A DNA stretch of 64,000 nt from Lytechinus pictus. Taxonomy: Eukaryota. Shown here one piece after another: positions 24,008 to 36,000 of the stretch. The DNA is taken from assembly GCF_037042905.1 (NCBI RefSeq), contig NC_087256.1:6138001-6202000 (forward strand). The letters run 5' to 3'. The position numbers and the translations under genes are program-made. Every line of letters begins with the position of its first letter. Within the stretch, counting starts at the first letter, position 1. The notes below the pieces were generated by a model. The model saw only the letters and a program-made list of their open reading frames with translations. It was not told where the DNA came from and searched no databases.

Positions 24008-24230
24008 CCTCTAAAAACACTCAGTAAAATTGTACCTAATATTGGGTAGAAAGGGAACATGCATGTTTGCTGGATATTTTTGTTTGACCCCATATTGGGC
24101 TAAATGCATGTTTTAATGGTAAATTTCAACGCAACATTGCGTACAATTTACGAAATATTTGGTATCTTTTTACCCAACCAACATGCGTGTTCCCATTTTC
24201 TCCAATATTGGGTAAACCTTTTTTAGAGTG
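24008..24230. mobile_element. CACT-type foldback MITE
   Basis: ctctaaaaa…aatattggg…gggaacatgcatgtt versus aacatgcgtgttccc…ccaatattggg…ttttagagtg. Confidence 0.65.
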
Positions 24231-24785
24231 TGTAGATAGTTTAGATAAATAATAAATCCAGATTTGCTGTAAATATACCAAGCCGTTGTAATTAAAAACT
24301 AAAACTGTTATCCAATTCCCTGATATATCATATAAACTATTGTGTCACTCTGTAGCGCTTCACAGCACAGTAACGATCTACACGATCAATAACTCACTCT
24401 TCATATCTATGTTTTAGTAAACATTTGTTCATAATCACAAAGATATTACCGTACATGTCGATGACTTAAAATATCTGGAAACTGAGGTTTGTCTTCAAGC
24501 TACAAAGAAATATGCTTCCTGGCGTTTTTAGTATTTATATATATTGTACATTACAGTTCTATTTACATTTTAATGTATCTTTAATTCAGTCTTTGTTTTG
24601 TATGTTTGTGAAGATAATGTCTAGCATTCCAAAATTGTTATTTTCAAGATCCTTCCTCTAAAGATATATGACCTGTTTATTTCTTTTTAAATTGTTCTTT
24701 AGGCCTGATGTTGCCATCATAAAATGATGAAAGTGGCACATGACTGCCACGTAATAAACCATAATTAAATTAAAAGTACAAGGTT

Positions 24786-25080
24786 TTACATCAAGCTAAT
24801 GAAATGTATATTAACACTACTTTTTAATATGTCCATGTTGGGAGCTAAAGGGAATGTATTGGCGGGAAGTGAATTCCACAGCCGAGCCGTCCTTGGTATA
24901 TATGATTGATGAAGAGAAGTGTTTGATTTTGGGACAGTGACTCTGTAGGGGTGGGCAGCTGCAGTAGAGTGCGTCAAACGAACGGGGGGAAGATTTCCAG
25001 ACAACTCAAGAGATGGTTTCAGGAAGAAGTGACAGTAGAAGGTACAGAGAGATGCAGCATAGTCTCCGGGGCTCGAGTGG
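24786..25080 (-). mobile_element. CR1-like LINE ORF2 3' fragment
   Basis: SYIPRTARLWNSLPANTFP…LKSSVN motif. Confidence 0.8.
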
Positions 25081-25814
25081 ATAAAGCCCAACCTTGGAAG
25101 GGTCTTCAATTCTCAGGAGGCGGAGTGCTTTCCGATGTAACCTACCAATAAGTGTAAGTACACTCGTACCAGCTCCAGCCCAAATCGATGTATTAATCTA
25201 TTTTTATCTTGAAGTGAAAATGAACGAGATGACATGAAATTAAATTAAAATAATCAAAGGGGAAGCAAACCGATCAACACTGTATTTTGTCCCTCATTGA
25301 CTGTGCGTTTTAAATGGCTAGTCTTAAAATACACCATTTGATATAACTTCGTAAAAACGGAGAATAAATCAGAATATAATTATATTTGTGTGAGAGAGAG
25401 AGGAAACGTAACTGTTTACTTGGTAACATAATTATTGTAGTATGAATGTATTGAATAGTGGATTAGTGTGTTCCAAATCAAGTTGGCCTATAATTATAAG
25501 ACTGAACTGCTATGAATGTTGCATTATGGGTACTGAACCTGGCCAGAATGATGTGAGTAGTTGAGAATTTGAGGTGGGATTATAAAGGCTGCTGGTTCGT
25601 ATGTCCTTTAAGATGTACTATAAAATTTAAAGAGATTTAGAATTCAAATCTTTGAGATTTCGATCAAAACCCCCATGCTCTGTCTCACTCCCTCCCTTTC
25701 TCTCTGTTGTCTGTGAAAAGATGATAAAAATCACCTGTATAGAGCAAGATTATAGTGCAAGTGGAGAAATATGAAATGTATCCTAGCTTATCTACCTATT
25801 TGCATATCATGGAT

Positions 25815-25979
25815 TAGTCTGCTGGGCAAACCCTTCACTCGAGTTATGGGTCTGAATGTGCAGCCTACTCATGCCTTGTGTACTGAAGGCTCTCTCGCTC
25901 AAGTTGTGTATGTGCTAGTCTTTGCGTGGAGGCACACTTGTTGATCAAAGTTCCAATCAGGGTCTGTGCCTGCAGACTA
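25815..25979. mobile_element. 165-bp non-autonomous element with TAG…CTA termini and 9-bp TSD atcatggat (AcademH-like)
   Basis: atcatggat|tagtctgc…gcagacta|atcatggat. Confidence 0.85.
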
Positions 25980-26582
25980 ATCATGGATTCTGTACAGGCC
26001 TGTAAAAAGCAACACCACAAGTAACTAAATATATAGTAGTGAGAATATACAATTTATTTGCATAATGTCGTTAGTACACTTTTTACATACATAGTTTCGT
26101 ATTCATCGATGATTAGATATATCAACAGTCAAATCAAATTTGTAGAAAGGGGACCGAACTCACGGCCCTGGGAACGAAAGAGTTGTTTCAGAATCATCAT
26201 AATATATTCAAATCATAAGCAGTGAAGGTCTACTGCAAGATGATCAAACAAAATGATAAAATAAAAGCAAATATGCGCTTCTGTGACGTCATGAATAGAC
26301 TCGTTGTTTCATACACAATTAAAACATAATTTCTGTTTGCGTAGTACATGTTTATTATTTCATATACCTTTTGACGTGGTAAATACCTATTCTCTTACAG
26401 ATAAAAGATAATTTTCACTCTGAATTTTGTCGAACTACTTACCGAGTTCTTCATTGATTGCTACTGTACCTTTGCGAGTGAATATCTATTTACCTCAAAT
26501 GTGTTCTTTATCATGCAAGTGAGTATCACTATCTTCCGTTGTATTTTCACTCTATGTTGGAATCATGTAAATCTGATATCAT

Positions 26583-27286
26583 GGCTTGTCCCATCACATC
26601 GGTTAATTGCATCCAGGGCCTGTTGCAGAAAGAGTTGCAATCAATCGCAACTCTAAAAATCATGCGCAACTTGATTTTCAACCAATCAACAGCGCGCATT
26701 TGGGACTTGCGATTGATTTTTGGCTTGCGTTTTAACGCAACTCTTTCTGCAACGGGCCCCTGGTCGGGTAATCGCGTCACCCAACCATTCAAGATAAGGG
26801 CCCCCGAAACGTCGGGTCCAGTTTACCCGACCATTTGGCTTACAATTTTTACAGAACATCGGGTAAATTGGACTCGAACATTCATAATTTTGAATGATAA
26901 TTTTTCACATAGCGTCGAGTAAATTTTACCGGATTTAGATTAGATTAGATTAGATTTTATTTCCGTTCAACAATTTTTTCAAAATATAATCAAAGTAACA
27001 ATACATATTCAATATAATCGATAATACAGACAAATCAATGAAATTTCGTAACAAATGTTGAATATAAATTAAACAAAACTACAATTTGTTGCAGTAATAT
27101 TATCAATGAAAAGAAACAAGAAATGAACGGAGGGACTTGCCAAGAAAAGCAAAAGCTTGTAGAGAAGGCAAGCCCCTAAACTTAGTTTCAATACTAATTA
27201 TAAATTTTCGGGAATTTTGGGGGGTTCTTGATTGGGCGTGATTGCCCGACCGGACGCGATAACCCGATATGTGATGGCACAAGCCT
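26583..27286. mobile_element. TIR element (ggcttgtcccatcacatcgg…ccgatatgtgatggcacaagcc) with a nested MITE (26613-26763) and a probable retroposon tail (about 26935-27200)
   Basis: Outer TIRs; inner gggcctgttgcagaaagagttgc…gcaactctttctgcaacgggccc; (TTAGA)n tract. Confidence 0.75.
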
Positions 27287-29689
27287 TATATCATTTTGGA
27301 CCAGATGGATTGTTCAGTTTAAAAGTTTACAAATTACACGGTTTTTAAAATGAAAGACTCTTATCATCACACAAAATATAATGATGCTTTACTTTTTAAC
27401 ATCACCTTTTAATTGTTATTGAACATGTTCAGTTGCGTAGACTGTTCCAGATGATTCATATTTGTCGCAAAAATATAATTCTATCTAGTTATTACATGAA
27501 TATAACATAACATTCTTTACAAATCACACACACAGATATTTTCGTATATAGATTGTCCATTTCATTACGTGGAAAGATACGTAAAAAGATAGATACACTG
27601 ATATCGACATGATAGAATATATAATACGAGCACACTGTTACCATGGTTACACACACATATCTGATTATCATGATTATATATTTTCACAAGGTTGTATAAA
27701 AAATGATTGTCACAAATAACCCTCTTGGGTCAGTTTGGCAAAGAAGCTCTGGCATCTATACCTCCATATCCTCCCCAAATCTATTATACATTTTACAATA
27801 AGAGGATGGTTAATAGTGAATCTCCGAACTGGTGGTTAAAATTGAATCGCACATAAAATGAAGTAAGTGACTTGGTATCAAAAAAGAAGAAAAAAAGATA
27901 AATGATAACAGTTTATAAGGTTCTCACTTTACCATAGGCTTATGATTTTTAAAAAATTTTCACAAAAATACAGAAAAGGGATGAACTGACTATTGCAAAC
28001 GAGACCTCAGTGCTACTAATTGGTTGATAATTATGCTCTTGAAGATTGCTCTTATATTTCTTCAAGATTTGAATCGGATCACGTATGTACGGGCATGTAT
28101 TATAAAATCTTAGGATAATATTTAAGATTATGTAAAAAGCTACTGATATCATCGTATATATTGGATAAAATATCAAGGAGTTCAGCATTCGCGGTATTAG
28201 TTAAAATTTTAAAAAGTCTAATGGTAGATAAGGGCATATCCTTTCCATGTTTACCCGGGAATACTCTCTCACCGCATCTATAAGCCAATCAGAATGATCA
28301 CAATAGGATGATATTTCTTCTTAACGATTGGCCTATCTATTTTCATTTAAATCTGGTATGACCAAAATTAATGTCCCGAAATTATTCAAGAAATAATTCT
28401 AACATGTCCAAGAAAACATGACGAAAAAAAAATATAGAAGACATATTCCTTTTAATATTAGTGTTGAATAAAAAGGTGAGAAATATTACTGAACTGCCAA
28501 GACTACGTTATTATCATAATCGCAACCTATTTTAAAAAATATTTCAATCTATTTATATTACTATGTGGAAGATTTTATAGAAGGCACGTATGTTTTATTG
28601 ATGATTATAGAAATGATTTGATTATCGTGTTATTATATCACTATACTTTAAGGGGTCTGTGGACTCATGTAATGGCAAACCTGCATTCACATGTTGCTCT
28701 AAATTAAGCTTCTTTGACAAAAACTGTTTGGAGTTTCTACAAGGAAACACCCCTGGCTTCTCTAAGTTCTTTGGTTTTTAACAACATCGCAGAATTCTAT
28801 AAAGAAACACATATATATATATATCTAAACTCATAATATCACAAAAGTTATAATATCAATAATTAGAATTTAAAAAATATTAACGACAATTGAGCACAAG
28901 ATGAACAGGGGCAGATCTTTCTGAGGATATGTGGCGAAGAGAGGGGATTAATGATCGATGGAGAATAGCTACCCCAGAGGACAATTCCTCCGGATACGAT
29001 TCCAAGCCCCACATGGACACTCTCCTACGCACACTCTCCTGGATTAAAACTTCCCGGAAGTCAAGTCTCCGAAGAGAATCACCTTATCCAAACAGCAACT
29101 CCTTTAAAGACAGTTTGCCAATCTCCAGGGGACTTGTCCTTCAAGAAGGGTAGTCCAAGAACCCTTCAAAATGAATAAATTTCTTAGACAGATAATATAG
29201 AAAAATATACGTCTGGAGAAATATTCTTTCTCCGCTTTGGCTATGATATCCAATGAAGAATGGTACATCTCGTTTCCTTGACTTTCTCCCGACCGGAAGT
29301 GTTTGACTGAGCTACCGCTGTTCACAGTAGATTACTTCAACGTTACACACCAGTGTTCAAATTGTGGTGTTGGTTCATTATCCACATCTTGGTTGTTTTC
29401 CAACATTATTTTGGTGTTATGTTCAAACTTCAGAGTGTAATTTGAACACCACTCGATAGTGCTTTCCTGGTGTTTCATTCTCAATGCCCATTTGTACCCT
29501 CTGCAGAACACCAGGTAATGCCACATTTGCACCGGTGGAACCGACTCTAGACCGATCAAAGCTTTTACGCTATGTCCAATGACGTACCTTCGGTCGGTTT
29601 GGAGTCTGTACTGTCGTCGGTGTGACAGTAGCATGCGAGTGTCATACACTACCCATGTCAGCAGTCAATCAAGTCTTTTCCTTCAGGCA

Positions 29690-29803
29690 ACACACTTCTA
29701 CTCATTTTTATGGACCTTCATTTCTCTAGTTGAAAGGCCTCACTGTGAAGACCAGAGGAAACATATCTTACATTGGTGCGGCCTTTCCCTCACTGTGTTC
29801 GGA
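29690..29803 (-). pseudogene. Degenerate tandem duplicate of glass ZF5 plus stop codon, in the 3' UTR
   Basis: 114-bp period; the copy reads HQCKICFLWSSQ*GLSTREMKVHKNE* versus [26 protein letters not shown]. Confidence 0.9.
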
Positions 29804-29811
29804 ACACACTT

Positions 29812-30024
29812 CTATTCATTTTTGTGGACCTTCATGTGTCTGGTTAGATTGCCACTCTGTGAGAACCTAAGGAGACATATCTTACACTGGTACGGCTTTT
29901 CCCCGCTGTGGATTCGAAGGTGTTTCGTCAGGGTTGAACTGTCGGCGAAGGCTTTCCTGCAATAAGCACATCGGTAGGGGCGCTCTCCAGAATGTGTTCG
30001 CATGTGTGTAGTAACTGATGAACT
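29812..30024 (-). CDS. glass: glass exon 6 (second half of ZF3, ZF4, ZF5, stop)
   Basis: cttcag acceptor; [11 protein letters not shown]…RHMKVHKNE*. Confidence 0.96.
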   Translation of the reverse strand, partial: SSSVTTHMRTHSGERPYRCAYCRKAFADSSTLTKHLRIHSGEKPYQCKICLLRFSQSGNLTRHMKVHKNE

Positions 30025-33000
30025 CTGAAGGAGAAAAATATAAATCCATTTTATTGTTTAAAATCCACTTTAAGCTTTCTACAATGTGTTGAAAATATAC
30101 AGATATGTATTATCGTTTGTATCACACTTGTAATGAAAAGATCATAACAGATTCCCTTGTCATTTGCTTGCCTTCTTTCATGTCTTTTAAAGATATCTGT
30201 TGAGGTTGAAATTCCCAAGTATTATCTTCAAAGCACCGCGTAATGTGATGTCCCTCCATGCAAATTTGAAAATCAAGCTTTCATCCACTCCCGGCAAATA
30301 CTCGAAATTCATACTTAGTATCTGACTATCCTTCCCGGATAAGTAAAAAGGTGACAACTAACTTTGTTCCCCCTTTTCAGTGCTTTGCGCCATAGTGAAA
30401 CATTCCGACAAGTCTCGACGAAGAACGGCTATAATTTCCGAACTTTAGAACACATGAACCAAGGATATGTCCACACTACCCATGGTTAAAGTGTTTCGGT
30501 AACAGCTCTGTAAGTTTATATCCCCCCGATCCGTTAGTCTTGTCAGCATGTAAAGAATTCTCTCAAAAGAGGGTTACATTATGGTATCTTACCTGAGAGA
30601 ATTGTCGATTGCATATGAGGCATCTGAATGGTTTTTCACCCGAATGTGTCCTCATGTGGGCCGTCAAGTTCGCTGTTTGGGAAAATGACTTCTGGCATGT
30701 CGGGCAATGATAGGGTTTCTCTCCCGAATGTGTTCTCATATGCGTCTTCAATGTGCTTGGTCGTGCGTAGGACTTGCCGCAGATGTTGCACTGGTTGCTA
30801 CCTAGAAACGACAATGGTTTAAGATACGTTGTAGGCTATGTCTTGTTTATCGGCGACACGACACTTGCTCCGGCGACAATTGCTGCGGGCATAATTTCGT
30901 CTAAGATATAGAGTTAGGATTGGTGTTGCCATGGGGTTTTATATTAGGTTTATGGTTTGGTTTAGTGTTAAATCCAGGGTTGAATTTGGTCATTCCATTA
31001 GTGTGTGTAATTTACAGTGGAGACATTGCCGCCGAAGCAAGTGTCATGTAACCTGTACTGATGTGATAAACTTTCGAGGGAGGGGAAAACCTGATAATCT
31101 TTAAAATACCGTATTGCGTACAATGCAAAAAGATGACATAATGCAGTGATGTAATATGCAATCATTGTAATGGGTATCATTGAGCCGTTACTATCTAAGT
31201 TGTCGACTCACTACGCGCATGTGCTCTACTTATTGGAAATCTCATAAGGAACTTTCAGAAACACCATGAGAGGCAAAGGTGACGGTAGATAGGACATAAA
31301 TTTAGTTGCACATGCTCAATCCTGAGGAATTTTTGGATTGAACATGCGCAGATGATCTTAATCTACTGTCCTCTATGCCTTCCATCATACTTTTTAGAGC
31401 TCCCTTGTCTCACTGAAATAATTTTTGCAATTATGATTTCAAATAAAGCACCACAGGGTACTTACTTTTCTTGTGTTCGCTCTTATTTTTGTTTGATCTC
31501 ACTTGAACCATCCTCCCGCAGAAGTACAGAGGTGGTGGCGGCGGTGGAGGAGGGACGCTTGGCTGTGACGCATGATGGTTACTGCGCCAAGCAGGTGGAG
31601 TGGGCGTGTACGGCAGGGAGAAACGCCCCTCATCGGCCGAAGAGCGCAGCTTGGTGGCGTAGTCGTCGTAGATAGCCCCGCCCACCGACGTAGGAGAGGA
31701 GGCTGAGGACACGAATGGCGAGGCTTGGTGCGGATTGGGGTGGGCGGAGTGATGGGAGGGGTGGTGACCGGGGCTGTGGGCGGACTGAGAACGGGCGGCA
31801 GCTGCTGAGGAAGAGTTGAGGAAGTTTGGCTGGTGGTGTGGGAGGACATCGGAACATGGAAGGATCCCGGATGTACCATTCTGCAATAAGAGAGAGTAAA
31901 AACAAAATAATATATCTATAAATTACACAAATTTGATCCAGATACCAAATTGATATCAATATCTCGAGTGCGTGGATATAGGTCTTCACGTAAAATATTA
32001 TCGATAACCAGAAGGGATAACGGGCAAAACAAATAGAGAATTTAAATTTTTTTAACATTTGCTGCAATATGAATCATGTTCCACGCGCATCACTTAAATT
32101 CCGACCGAGGTGGAATACGTCATCATCCACCCCCGAAGACAAAATCCGGAGAGTGAAATGCTGGGGAGGAAAATGATTTATTTTTTAAATGGGGTCATGA
32201 TAATTTTGTGACACTTACCAGTGTTGGAGATTTTTGCCATGAGCCTCCGTAACTTTGTTGATCAGAGCTCTGCACACCATAGCCTTCCCTCAGTAAATCT
32301 GTTTTGAAAGGAAAAGCGAAATATTTGAGAAATGATGATGGTACTAATGACGATGATTCACATTGGGGATACACATTAATATTTATTTTGTATGGCTCTG
32401 TTATAAAACACTTGCAGATCATTGGTCGAATTACTATTTAATTTCTTGATGAAAAGTAGCAGTTTTCAGCGAATGTTTAAAGCATGGATGGCTGAAAAGT
32501 TCAGGATGTAATCTTTGTTGGTAGCTTACTGGTATACGAGCACTAGATAATCTAAACAATCCCTTTTCGAAATCTCACCCAAAAAAAAGCCGTTGGAAAA
32601 AAGTTATAATGGCCACTTCTAATACTGTTTTACATGTTTACCAACGCTTTACACATGATTTAAATGAAATGAGAAAAATTAGATTTTTGTGCAGAAAATG
32701 TCAACACCAATATATTGGCTCAGTTGGTAGAGCATCCGTCTCACAACCGAAGGTCGGGCCGCGTCAGTCCAAAAGACATAAAAAGATGAGAGTAATGAGT
32801 TGCTGCGACAACATTTAAGGGATAGAGTATCGTCGATCAGGCTCTGCACATTGGCTGGAAAAGGAATTTTCTATATCAGATTGATGTATTTGTGGATCGT
32901 ATTTCGAAAAATTATGGATTTTCATTTTCTTCATTTTCATTTCATTGAAACAATTCAAGACCCTTAAACACAAACTTGAATGATTCATTATATAGTTAAT

Positions 33001-36000
33001 TTGTACAACTAATCGCACATAATGATTCAATCTTAATTTAACTGTATATGATCAAGCGTTATGGTTTGTGAGATAGGTCCCAGAAAATTGAGAATCCGTT
33101 GTCGATATCATGGAGGTGCCGTGGTCGATTGGTCTAAGGCCTGATTGTACATGGAAAGTCCGGGGTTCGATACCCGGCCGCGGGACCTATGCACATGAGC
33201 AAGGCATTTAATCGACAATGCTCTTTTTCTGCATTAAAAAAAAGGAAATGCTATACGCATTCTTGGTAACTATAGGTGTGCACATGTTTTTAAAAAAGGG
33301 TTGTCGATTGAGTCACGTGATCTATGTCTCAATGGATCAATTAACATGTGGGTAGGTGCTATCAATGCTATATTCAAATTGACAAAGTATGACCAATGGG
33401 GGTCGATCCAGCTAATGAATAACAAATTTAAATTTACTGACAAAATAACATCTGTGATAAAATCCTTACTCATACTAAAAACTTAAAAAATATATATCGA
33501 TACAAATAAAGATATGATTTTATGATGATTGATAATGACAACAGATAAATGTATAAGAGAAAAATAATTTTTCAGAATTTATTTCTATTTTACATGGTCT
33601 TCTCAAGGTAACTTTGAGAATAAAATATTGGTCGTAAAACGGCTGAGCCAAATACAAGTTTGAATATGTATATATTATACGCATCCTTGGAGGGCGGTTG
33701 TTAAATTATTTTGCTTTTCTGTGAATATCGCATTCGTCAATTACCGACGGTTTCATAATAGAAAACGGCCGATAGCGCATCGTAATTATCCGGACAATTA
33801 ACAATTCAAAGATATATCTAGGCAATATAATTGAGCGCATAAAATGATGACACGGGGGTTAAAATTTGTTTGTTTATTCAGTATTTTTAATCCCTTCTAT
33901 TGATGATGGCAAGCGGGAAAATGGCCCAAGAGCTACTGAACTGAAGAAGCAGCAGCAGTTGCGGTTGATCTCAAATAACAATAAAAACAATGAAAGTAAA
34001 TACTGATGACTATTCAAATTTCCGACATTGCCATGAGTATCGAAGAAGTTTTTCCCCAACCTGTTAAACGTGGGTTTGAAATATTTATTGTTTTAGAATC
34101 TCTCATACTCTGTTGGTGAAGAAAACAAATTCGAATTATATAAAATCGTCACAGTTATGTAAGGACAAATCCGTTATCAGATGTAGTTGGGTAACTATTT
34201 TCCAGCTTGATATCAACGATTTCTTGCTTACTTCCTTACTTCCTTACCCATTTCTTACTTTTTTTGCTCGGATTCGAAAATGCATCTACATGACCCCTCG
34301 CTATCCGAGTAAAAATAAATCATCTTAGGGAAAGTGCGTTATCATGAAACCTACAACCCAAGCTCATTGTGATCTCTCGTTTTTTCTTCTCTTACTGTAA
34401 AGATTAAATTTTACAATATTAGCCGTATATTGAAACAACAGCACCCCCCAAAAAATGAGAGAGAAAGAGAGAGAAGATATAGAAATACAAGGAAAGAAAA
34501 AAACAAGAGGAAAAGCAGTGAAACGGAAGAAGACAAAAAAATATATAAAAAAAGTAATAAAAAATTGAAAGAAATACAAATGAAAGAAAAGAAGAGAAAA
34601 AAGATAAATGAAAGGGTAGAAGCAAAATAGCAAACAAAAAACAGAAAATAAACAGAAGAAAAAGAAAAAGGAAATAGAAAAAGAAAATTGTAAAATAAAA
34701 AAATTACTTTTAGAAAAAATATACTATCTATTTACCAGAACGATTAAATCAAAATGTTGATTGATTGGTTGCATTTATTCTTTTTCATTCCAAAATTCAT
34801 CAAAAATGTATATTCAATGTAAGGAAAAGCAAAAAATATAATATACAGAAATTAAAAACGGAACCCAGTGGAAAGCAAAGCTTGTTAGTATGGGTTCCCT
34901 GCAATAAATAGTTGATTAAAGTATATATTTCTTCAATGAAATTCAAATCGTAAATTAAAAATGTTTAACATTGAAAAAGAATAATGGGGTCAAGCTTTTT
35001 ATGCCTTCTAACTATGTGACCATTAAACAAAATTATATTACATCATACCCCAGGTCTATAAAACAAACCTGAGTTTAAAAGAATGCTAACAGGTAATCAC
35101 TGTTTATCAGGTGCAAAAATAGTCAATTTTAACTGCTTACTAAACTAAAGAAACAAAGAAGACGAAGACTGAAGACGACGCACAGTGGGCCAGAATGAGT
35201 TGAAAGTGCGCCAAAATTATTTTCCGTGTTATATTTTTACTTTAACACGTAGATTAAGGGTAATTTTGGGCGTAGAATCGACTGAACATAATTTAAAGCC
35301 CATATGACGTCACTTTGATACCATATTTTGATTGACTGCTTAAAACCTATATGTGAAAAGAAAAATTACGCCAAACTTTGTGTTATGTGTTACTTTAAGA
35401 TTGATCAGAGTAAATGTTGGTTTATGCTTCTCACATGCCTAACAAGTGTGTACGAGATCCTGAAAATAATTTTATGGTATCAAAATGATCATTAGATTAA
35501 AAAAGTACTTTAAAATCTGAAAAATATTAACCGTGCTTTATCAAGCTATGTAGACTTGTTAAAACGCAGAGTATATAACACAACGAATGTTTTACTATGA
35601 TGAGGGTTTTTGGCTGAAATTATTCTACAAATAACTTTTATCTCTGGAAGAGGGCTGGGTAGCCCTTATATGCGTTATCAACCTTCATTTTGTTTACATT
35701 ATGCCCGGAATTTCATGGAATGGAAGGGGAATCGTCCCCGCCGTGCAAAATTGCAAAAATGAACGGCAATGTACACCCCACACGGTGCGCTGCGATGACT
35801 GCACGGTATAAAAATGACCGTTTTTTAACAGGTTTTTGGGGTGATGTCTCAAGTAAAATCGGCTCTAACATAAAAACAGGCAAAAACGGGCAGCTAGATT
35901 TGGTATCGACTTAAAGCTTAGACACCGGGTAAAATGATGATGATAGAATTTAAACGGAAATCAAAACGTTTCTCATGTTAATGCAAAAAACATGAATTAT

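Noticed and set aside
29579-29965. 128-aa plus-strand ORF with an internal repeat
   Set aside because: It is the antisense shadow of the glass fingers and their duplicate.
31500-31640. Apparent frameshift in glass exon 4
   Set aside because: The GTAAGT donor at 31465 gives the correct phase, so no frameshift is required.
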